From the NCBI RefSeq assembly GCF_018069705.1, contig NZ_CP072943.1:2671668-2735667 (forward strand): a stretch of DNA of 64,000 bases. The letters run 5' to 3'. Shown in pieces: positions 57,664 through 64,000 of this stretch. The stretch comes from Aminithiophilus ramosus (lineage in GTDB: Bacteria; Synergistota; Synergistia; Synergistales; Aminithiophilaceae). The position numbers were made by a program, and so were the translations under genes. The notes under the pieces were generated by a model. The model was not told the origin of the DNA, made no database searches, and worked only from the letters and a program-made list of their open reading frames with translations. The first letter of the stretch is position 1; every line of letters starts with the position of its first letter.

Positions 57664-58683
57664 CTACTTGCCGGGAGCCATGTTGACGCGGAACTCGTCC
57701 ATCAGTTCCTTGGTCATGTTCTTCTCGAGCTGGCCCCAGGTGGTGGCGCAGGCCTCGGCCAGGGGGAGAAGCTCCTCCTCGGAGTAGGTGTGGACTTCGA
57801 TGCCGTAGTCGCGCATCATCTGCATGAACTTCTCGTCTTCGGCCTTGGCCTGGACGATGCTCTTGGCGGCGGCGTGGCTGACGGCGGTCTGGACGATCTG
57901 GCGATCTCCCTCGCTGAGCTTCTCCCAGATCTTGCCGCTGAACATGTAGTTGATGACTTCAAGGGAGTAGTTGGTCATGTACCAGTGCTTGAGCACGTCG
58001 CGGAGCATGGTGTAGGCGGCGGCGGTGGAGTAGCCGTTGACGCCCTCGCAGACGCCGGTCTGCATGGCCTGGTAGACGTCGGAGTAGGGGATCGTCACGG
58101 TCCGGTAGCCCATGGCCTCGGCGCCGAGCTTGTAGACGTCCATGTTGGCGACGCGGACGAGGACGCCCTTGTTGACGGAGGGGTCAAGAGGCTCGGCGGC
58201 GGGCTTGGTCGTGCCCGTTCCGATCATGCCCTCGACGAAGAAGCCCAGGAGCTTGACGCCGAGGCGGTTGTTGAGCTCGTCCATCTTGCCGAAGAGCCAG
58301 GCGTCGGGGGCGAAGACCTTCTTGACATCCTCGTAGCCCTTGACGTAACCATTGACGTAGAGCAGCTCCAGGCGAGGATCGAACTGGGAGGGAACGGAGG
58401 TGCAGGACATGTCGATGGTGCCGCGGATGAGCTCCTCGTAGACGAGAGTGTAGTCGCCGAGCTGATTCATGGGGTAGACCTTGATCTCGATGCGGCCGTC
58501 GGACTTCTCGGCCACTTCGGCGGCGATCTCCTCCATGAGAAGCGTGGCGGGGTGATCGGCGGGATTCTGACCGGCGAACTTGAGGGTGATCTCGGCCGCA
58601 AAGGCCGAGCCGGCCACGAGGACGAGGGAAAGAGCGAGCAATCCGGCGACGAAGGACGACTTCCTGAACAGAGCCAACGACAT
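57664..58683 (-). CDS. dctP: TRAP transporter substrate-binding protein (DctP family), paralog 2
   Basis: Signal peptide and DctP fold. An AAGGAG SD. About 80% identical to the gene at 52027..53040. Confidence 0.8.
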   Translation of the reverse strand: MSLALFRKSSFVAGLLALSLVLVAGSAFAAEITLKFAGQNPADHPATLLMEEIAAEVAEKSDGRIEIKVYPMNQLGDYTLVYEELIRGTIDMSCTSVPSQFDPRLELLYVNGYVKGYEDVKKVFAPDAWLFGKMDELNNRLGVKLLGFFVEGMIGTGTTKPAAEPLDPSVNKGVLVRVANMDVYKLGAEAMGYRTVTIPYSDVYQAMQTGVCEGVNGYSTAAAYTMLRDVLKHWYMTNYSLEVINYMFSGKIWEKLSEGDRQIVQTAVSHAAAKSIVQAKAEDEKFMQMMRDYGIEVHTYSEEELLPLAEACATTWGQLEKNMTKELMDEFRVNMAPGK

Positions 58684-59106
58684 CCACTCCTTACGAAATT
58701 TTACGAAATTGTGTGCTCGTTACAACCACCACTCCCGGCCCGCCGTCACCGGCGAACCATAACTGCCTTTCGACGCCCTAACACCCTCCCTTCTCACCGT
58801 TATCGCGATGGCTGAGGGCGACTGCCTCCCCCCCCCGGAAGGGAGCCGAGCGGGGTCGTTACTGAAGCGTGATATTTCATCCATCTTCATATGCATCCTA
58901 GATAATTCAGTCCTTTCTGTCAACCCTTTACGTTCGGCAAAGAGAGACAGGGTGGGAAAAAAAACTACGAACCACGAAACGTCCCTTGAAGGGCCCCCCA
59001 TCTCTTGAAAGGGGGAGCATAGGCCTCCTCATCGCGGCGTCTTTTCGCTTCCGTGCCTCATCTTTTTCTCTTGTTTTTATTCTTTTCAATTTAAAGACGG
59101 CTTCCC

Positions 59107-59135
59107 TTGACACCTCTCGGCTCTAAGTCTATAGT
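59107..59135 (+). promoter_or_regulatory. Sigma-70 promoter of the GntR / GRE-activase operon (TTGACA-17-TATAGT)
   Basis: Consensus -35 box, 17-nt spacer, and a good -10 box. Confidence 0.55.
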
Positions 59136-59143
59136 TTTGATGT

Positions 59144-59153
59144 ATCACATACT
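59144..59153 (+). promoter_or_regulatory. Second copy of the ATCACATACT 10-mer, 8 nt downstream of the -10 box; candidate operator
   Basis: Identical sequence and spacing to the copy at 49455..49464. Confidence 0.45.
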
Positions 59154-59191
59154 CTCGGCTGTTCCAGTGTTGCGAAAAAGGAGACTTCCTG

Positions 59192-59902
59192 ATGTATCAA
59201 GAAAGCCTGTCCCTGTCCACCGTCAAGTCTCTGAGGCAGCAGGTCTACGACTTCCTCCGCGAGGAGATGAACTCCGGTCGCATCCTGCCCGGCTCCTTCC
59301 TGAACCTGAATGAGATGAGCCATCACCTCGGCATCAGCAAGACGCCCCTCCGCGACGCCCTCCTTCACCTCGAAGTCGAGGGCTTCGTGACCATCTTTCC
59401 CCGGAGGGGGATCATGGTCAATCTCCTGTCCCTGGAGAAGATCCGCAACATCTACGAGATCATCGGCGCCCTCGAGGCCCAGGTCGTCGCCGCCCTTTCC
59501 GGCCGCTTCGGCGAGGCCGACGTCGACGACATGGACGCCCTCAACGAGGGCATGCGCCGGGCCCTGGACGAGGACGACTTCAATCTCTACTACGAGAAGA
59601 ACCTGGCCTTCCACGACACCTACCTGAACAAAACGGAGAACGAGGACCTTCTCAAGACCGTCCAAACCCTGAAGGAGCGCCTCTACGACTTCCCCCGCAA
59701 GAAGGGCTTCGTCAAGGAGTGGGAGGTCCGCTCGACGGGCGAACATGCCGACATCATCGCCCGCCTCCGTCGGGGCGATTTCGCCTCCGCCTCGGACTAT
59801 ATCCGCGACGTCCACTGGTCCTTCCAGGTCCAGGAGCGCTACATCCGCCGCTACTACTTCCTCCAGAACGGCGAGGGGGAAAGAGGAGAGGACCTCCGAT
59901 GA
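59192..59902 (+). CDS. GntR-family (FCD-type) transcriptional regulator
   Basis: wHTH (LNLNEMSHHLGISKTPLRDAL) plus an FCD domain. Its stop overlaps the activase start. Confidence 0.75.
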   Translation: MYQESLSLSTVKSLRQQVYDFLREEMNSGRILPGSFLNLNEMSHHLGISKTPLRDALLHLEVEGFVTIFPRRGIMVNLLSLEKIRNIYEIIGALEAQVVAALSGRFGEADVDDMDALNEGMRRALDEDDFNLYYEKNLAFHDTYLNKTENEDLLKTVQTLKERLYDFPRKKGFVKEWEVRSTGEHADIIARLRRGDFASASDYIRDVHWSFQVQERYIRRYYFLQNGEGERGEDLR

Positions 59903-60804
59903 CGAAGGGACTCGTCTTCGACTTCAAGCGCTACTCCATCCACGACGGTCCGGGACTGAGGACGACGGTCTTCCTCAAGGGGTGCCCCCTCTCCTGCTGG
60001 TGGTGCCACAACCCCGAGAGCCAGTCCTCTCTGGCCGAGATCATGGTCCGCCCCGAGCGCTGCATCGGCTGCGGCGAATGCGTCAAGGCCTGCCCGAAGG
60101 GAGCCCTCGCCTTCGGGGCCTACGGCATCCTGACCGACATGGCCCTCTGCAACCGCTGCGGAACCTGCACCGACGTCTGCCCCACCGAGGCGCGGCGCCT
60201 CGTGGGGCGGGAGATGTCCGTCGCCGAGGTCATGGACGAGGTCGAACGGGACCGTCTCTTCTACGACCGTTCCGGCGGCGGCATGACCGTCTCGGGAGGC
60301 GAGCCCCTCATGCAGCCCCGGTTCCTCCTCGATCTGCTGCGCGAGGCCGGCCGCGTCGAGATCCACCGCGCCGTGGACACGACGGGCTTCGCCCAGACCT
60401 CGCTTCTCCTCGACGTCGCCGCGGAGACGGACCTCTTCCTCTACGATCTCAAGCACATGGACCCCGAAAAGCACCGCCTCTACACGGGCGTCTCCAACGA
60501 GCTGATCCTCCACAACCTGAGGACTCTGGCCGAGTCGGGAGCGGCCCTCAACGTCCGCATGCCCGTCATTCCCGGCGTCAACGACGACGCGGCCAACATC
60601 GAGGCCTCGGGGGCCTTTCTGGCCGCCCTCCCCGGCGCCCCTTCCGTCAACGTCCTCCCCTACCACAAGTCGGGGCTGGAGAAGTTCCGCCGCCTGGGCC
60701 TGGAGTACCGCCTGGCCGAGACGGAAGAGCCCTCGCCGGAGGCGATGGCCTCCGTCCGCGACAGGCTGCTGAGCTTCGGCCTCTCCGTCAGGGTCGGCGG
60801 CTAG
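59899..60804 (+). CDS. Glycyl-radical enzyme activating protein (radical SAM, PFL-AE family with a ferredoxin-like insert)
   Basis: The CPLSCWWCHNPE radical-SAM CX3CX2C motif, two additional Cys clusters (CIGCGECVKACP, CNRCGTCTDVCP), and GGEPL. Confidence 0.85.
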   Translation: MTKGLVFDFKRYSIHDGPGLRTTVFLKGCPLSCWWCHNPESQSSLAEIMVRPERCIGCGECVKACPKGALAFGAYGILTDMALCNRCGTCTDVCPTEARRLVGREMSVAEVMDEVERDRLFYDRSGGGMTVSGGEPLMQPRFLLDLLREAGRVEIHRAVDTTGFAQTSLLLDVAAETDLFLYDLKHMDPEKHRLYTGVSNELILHNLRTLAESGAALNVRMPVIPGVNDDAANIEASGAFLAALPGAPSVNVLPYHKSGLEKFRRLGLEYRLAETEEPSPEAMASVRDRLLSFGLSVRVGG

Positions 60805-60900
60805 GCGAACCGGCCCCTGCTCCCCTCGGAGGGACTGGGCGCACGAAGGCCAGGGGCTCCCCGACGGGGAGCCCCTGGCCTTCGTGCGCCCTCAAAAGCC

Positions 60901-62061
60901 TCAGTTTCCGGTCGGGGGGTCGTAGCAGACGGCGTCGCCCTCCTTGAGGGAGGAGGCGCCGGTGACGACGACGAGCTCGCCCTCGGAGAGGCCCTCGCGG
61001 ATCTCGACGAGCCCCGAGGCCTCGATGCCCGTCTCGACGGGCCGGACGGCGATTCGGCCGTCGTCGACGACGAAGACGGAGCCGGAACGGAGGGCCTCGA
61101 CGGGGAGGACCAGGGCATCGTCGACCTCCTCCTCGACGAGAAAGACGGTGGAGAACATGCCCGGCTTGAGGCGGCCTCCGCCGTTGTCGACGGCCACCTC
61201 GACCTGGACGGTCCGCGTCGACGTGTCGACGTAGGGGCGGATGCGGAGGATCTCTCCCGCGACGCCGGAGAAGGAGTCTCCCGCAAGAAGGGCCTTCATC
61301 CCCTCTTTCAGACGGCCGCCGCGGGTCTCCGGGACCTGGAGGACGGCCTTCAGGACGGCGATCTTCCCGATCTTGACGACGGCCGTCGACGTGGAGATCA
61401 TCGTTCCCTCCGTCAGGGAATAGTCGTCGAGGACCGTCCCGTCGATGGAGGCCGTCAGGATGTACTCCGACCGCTGGACCTCCTGCGTCTTCAGGTTGGC
61501 CCTCTGCTGCCCCACCGAGGCCTGGGTCTTTCGGTAGGCGGCCTGGGCCGACTGGTAGGTCGTCTCGCGGGAGTCCAGCTCCTGCTGCGTGGCGAATCCC
61601 TCGGCCAGGAGCTTGCGGTAGCGATCCCTCTCCCTGAGGGCATCGTCGAGGGTGACTTTGGCCTGGGCCGATTCGGCCTCGGCGACGGCGATCTGGGCCT
61701 TGAGGGCGGCGACCTGGGCGTCCTGATCGCGGTGGTCGAGGACGGCGACGACGTCGCCTCGGGCGACCCGATCTCCCTGACGGGCCCGAAGCTCGACGAG
61801 GCGTCCCGTCACCTTGGAAAGAAGGGTCACCTCTTCGAGGGCCTCCAGCGTGCTGGCGGACTGGAAGCCCTGGGAGAGCCTCTCGGCACGGCGGGCGACG
61901 GTGACGGTCACCTTGGCGGCGGCCGCCTCCGTCGCCGGAGGGCTCTCTTCCGCCACGGCCCGACGATTGCCGCGAACGATCATGAAGCCCCCCGACGCGA
62001 GGCCGAGACAGAGCAGAGCGGCGAGGAGCCTGAGTCCCCACCCTTTGGCCTTTCCGGACAT
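60901..62061 (-). CDS. Efflux RND periplasmic adaptor subunit (MFP)
   Basis: Lipoprotein-like signal, coiled coil, and beta-barrel domains. Start taken at MSGKAKGW (62061), immediately after the TolC-like stop. Confidence 0.75.
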   Translation of the reverse strand: MSGKAKGWGLRLLAALLCLGLASGGFMIVRGNRRAVAEESPPATEAAAAKVTVTVARRAERLSQGFQSASTLEALEEVTLLSKVTGRLVELRARQGDRVARGDVVAVLDHRDQDAQVAALKAQIAVAEAESAQAKVTLDDALRERDRYRKLLAEGFATQQELDSRETTYQSAQAAYRKTQASVGQQRANLKTQEVQRSEYILTASIDGTVLDDYSLTEGTMISTSTAVVKIGKIAVLKAVLQVPETRGGRLKEGMKALLAGDSFSGVAGEILRIRPYVDTSTRTVQVEVAVDNGGGRLKPGMFSTVFLVEEEVDDALVLPVEALRSGSVFVVDDGRIAVRPVETGIEASGLVEIREGLSEGELVVVTGASSLKEGDAVCYDPPTGN

Positions 62062-62078
62062 CCGGTCTTCCCCCTTCA

Positions 62079-63440
62079 TCAGTCGAGGACCTTCTCGCGA
62101 AGCGTCCCTTCGGCCCTCCAGAGACGGGCACGGTAGACACGATAGTTCTTGAGCGCCTCGGCCAGTTTCTGCCGTGCCTCGGTGAGGCTCGTCCTGGCAT
62201 CGAGGACATCGAGCTGGACGTTGACCCCCTCCCGGTACCCCACGTCGGCCAGGCGGAGGCTCTCTTCGGCGATGCCGAGATTCCGGCGGGCCACGTCGAC
62301 GAGGGCTGCGGCATTCTCCAGATTGAGATAGGCCTGGGCGATCTCGGCCCGAATGGACTCCTCCCGGGACGTGACGTCGTTTTCGATCTGCCTGAGCCGG
62401 GCCTGGGCCTCCTCGACCTTGCCCTTCGTGAGGCCTCCGTCGAAGAGAGGAACCTCGACGTTGAGCGTGGCCGTCCACTCGTCGTCATCGGCGCCGCCGC
62501 GGGAGGAGTCATCCTTGGCGCCGTAGGAGGCATTCAGTTTCACCGTGGGACGGAGACCGCCTCGGGTGATCTCGATCTCCTCCTTTTGGATGGCCAGATC
62601 GGTTCGCAGGCCGACCAGATCGGGGCGAAGGGTCAGGGCCCGCTCCACCGAGGCCTCCCTGTCTCCGAAGAAGGATGCCCTTTCGAGGGAGTCGGCGACG
62701 TGCCGCTCCCCGCTCGGCTCGAGACGGAGGCGCGTGAGGAGGTCGATGGAGAAGGACTCCATTTCGAGGTCGCCGACGATGTCCCGCTCCGCGTCCGGCT
62801 CCAGACGCAGGAGGGTGAAAAGATCGATGCGGGCCGCGTCGAGGGCGTTCGTCGCCTGGAGGAGGTCCGATCGGCTCGTGGCGGCCTGCTGTTCGGCCCT
62901 GTTGACGTCGAGATTCGTCGAAAGGCCCACTTCGCGCCGTTTCGTCAGCTCGGCCAGGAATCCCTCGGCGTAGGTCAGGGCCTCCCGGGCCGTCTCCAGA
63001 TCGGCCCGGGCGAGGAGGACGGAGCAGAAGGCCTCGTAGACCTTGAGGGCCACGGCCTCTTCGCTGTCCGAGGCCGTCAGCGTCGCCCTCTCGAGATTGG
63101 CCAGGGCCTGACGTTCACCGGCCCGCACGACGCCGCCGGCGTAGATCCACTGGGAGAGGGTCAGGGCCCCGACCGTCTCCTCGTCGGGACGGGATGACGT
63201 GGCGTGCTGGCGGCTGTGACTCCCCGTGAGGCTCACCGTCGGGACCAGCCCCGACCGGGCCGCCCGGTAGAGCCCCTCGGCCCGGGCCCTCTCCTCCCGG
63301 GCCGAGAGAACCTCCAGGTTGCTCTCCAGGGCCAGGGAGAGGGCCTCCTCCAGAGAGAGGGGCTGACCGGCCCCGGCAGGGGGAACAGCCGAGACAAGAA
63401 GGACGGCGAGAAGAGCGGACAAAAATCGGTGGCGGCTCAT
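62079..63440 (-). CDS. TolC-family outer-membrane efflux protein
   Basis: Signal peptide and the twofold repeat of the TolC alpha/beta architecture. It contains an internal 23-aa tandem duplication. Confidence 0.8.
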   Translation of the reverse strand: MSRHRFLSALLAVLLVSAVPPAGAGQPLSLEEALSLALESNLEVLSAREERARAEGLYRAARSGLVPTVSLTGSHSRQHATSSRPDEETVGALTLSQWIYAGGVVRAGERQALANLERATLTASDSEEAVALKVYEAFCSVLLARADLETAREALTYAEGFLAELTKRREVGLSTNLDVNRAEQQAATSRSDLLQATNALDAARIDLFTLLRLEPDAERDIVGDLEMESFSIDLLTRLRLEPSGERHVADSLERASFFGDREASVERALTLRPDLVGLRTDLAIQKEEIEITRGGLRPTVKLNASYGAKDDSSRGGADDDEWTATLNVEVPLFDGGLTKGKVEEAQARLRQIENDVTSREESIRAEIAQAYLNLENAAALVDVARRNLGIAEESLRLADVGYREGVNVQLDVLDARTSLTEARQKLAEALKNYRVYRARLWRAEGTLREKVLD

Positions 63441-64000
63441 TGTTTCCCTCCCTGTTTTTCCGTCTCGAAAGCAAGGACACGTCGAGAAGAACGTCGGGAA
63501 AGACGGGCCCTGGCGAAGCGGGCCAGAAGGACCACCCTGTCCCGGATATCGTCGAGGATGAGATAGACGACGGGGATGACGTAGAGAGTGAGGAAGGTCG
63601 ACGTGAGCAGCCCGCCGACGACGGCCGTCGAAAGGGGCTGACGGAACTCGCTTCCCTCGCTCAGCCCCAGTGCGACGGGCAGGGAACCGACGACCGTCGA
63701 CAGGGCCGTCATCAGAATGGGACGGAGCCGCATAGGACCGGCGGCGAGAACGGCCGTGACTTTGTCCTCCCCCGCCTCCCGCCGCTGGTTGATGAAATCG
63801 ACGAGGAGGATGGCGTTGTTCACGACGATGCCGACGAGAAGGATGATCCCCATGAAGCTCATCAGGTCCAGGTTCATCCCCGTCAGGTAGAGAATCCCGA
63901 AGGCGCCCGGCGTGAGCAGGGGCAGGGAGAACATGACCGTGAAGGGATGAAGGAAGGACTCGAACTGGACGGCCATGACCATGTAGACGAGGACGATGGC
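63437..64000 (-). CDS. RND efflux permease, C-terminal portion (gene continues beyond the window end)
   Basis: The AcrB-family C-terminal TM bundle (VMAVQFESFLHPF ... IILLVGIVVNNAILLVDF). The stop at 63437 overlaps the TolC-like start. Confidence 0.7.
   Translation of the reverse strand, partial: AIVLVYMVMAVQFESFLHPFTVMFSLPLLTPGAFGILYLTGMNLDLMSFMGIILLVGIVVNNAILLVDFINQRREAGEDKVTAVLAAGPMRLRPILMTALSTVVGSLPVALGLSEGSEFRQPLSTAVVGGLLTSTFLTLYVIPVVYLILDDIRDRVVLLARFARARLSRRSSRRVLAFETEKQGGKQ

Noticed and set aside
58720-59001. 93-aa ORF inside the dctP operon leader
   Set aside because: No SD, no coding-like third-position bias, and it overlaps the predicted promoter. Treated as part of the leader RNA.
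59107-59160. Extending the ATCACATACT operator to the dctP operon promoter (TATCACGCTTC at about 58885 on the minus strand)
   Set aside because: Only 6 of 10 positions match, and the spacing from the -10 box differs. The evidence is insufficient.
1-64000. CRISPR arrays, rRNA or tRNA genes
   Set aside because: No spaced direct-repeat arrays, no rRNA-like conserved blocks, and no cloverleaf-compatible tRNA candidates were seen on either strand.

Overview
This is a high-GC (about 68-70%) chromosomal window. The source organism is probably a Synergistetes bacterium: a C69 dipeptidase ends in a Synerg-CTERM-like sorting signal, and amino-acid/organic-acid fermentation genes dominate. I see no rRNA or tRNA genes and no CRISPR array. 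Gene content in order along the window:

- An HD-GYP domain C-terminal fragment, cut off by the window start.
- A citrate module: aconitase, NADP-isocitrate dehydrogenase, citrate lyase citD-citE-citF, and an FAH-family candidate soluble oxaloacetate decarboxylase.
- A two-gene AAA_21-type ATPase + DUF4276 pair with overlapping stop/start codons, which looks like a split OLD/AbiL-like defence module. The ATPase gene has somewhat lower GC than its surroundings (visual estimate ~60% vs 68-70%).
- A periplasmic-sensor HD-GYP phosphodiesterase.
- A full-length but catalytically degenerate prolyl-tRNA-synthetase-like paralog whose editing domain appears intact.
- A DMT transporter, an LpxH-like phosphoesterase, a DmpA/S58 peptidase, a ZnuA-like binding protein, TamB, and an NADH oxidase/CoA-disulfide reductase.
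- A GntR-controlled operon encoding a GlpA-like FAD oxidoreductase (BFD domain), a second oxidoreductase and DUF1667, then an MBL hydrolase, a 35-aa peptide and a sodium:solute symporter.
- A secreted C69 dipeptidase with a Synerg-CTERM-like anchor.
- A family-1 encapsulin operon: an EncFtn ferritin cargo with a GSLGIGRLG targeting peptide, followed by the shell protein.
- An orphan amino-acid-binding protein, and an ISNCY-family insertion sequence with TG...CA termini.
- PaaK, flavodoxin, and an IscR-IscS-IscU cluster.
- A 700-bp low-GC non-coding island containing an 18-bp perfect hairpin plus U-tract.
- A Ysc84-like protein, an aminotransferase, and a fused L-serine dehydratase.
- Two RND efflux systems.

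The most interesting locus is a glycyl-radical-enzyme (GRE) locus of the PFL2/glycerol-dehydratase type. Its activase lies about 8 kb away behind a GntR regulator. The GRE and GntR/activase promoters share the 10-mer ATCACATACT at the same spacing from the -10 box. Between them sits a convergent TRAP-transporter island with two ~80%-identical DctP paralogs, a YheO-like regulator and an ornithine-cyclodeaminase-family enzyme. This looks like an uncharacterised GRE-based catabolic system.

Many long antisense ORFs in the supplied track are GC artefacts and are not reported.
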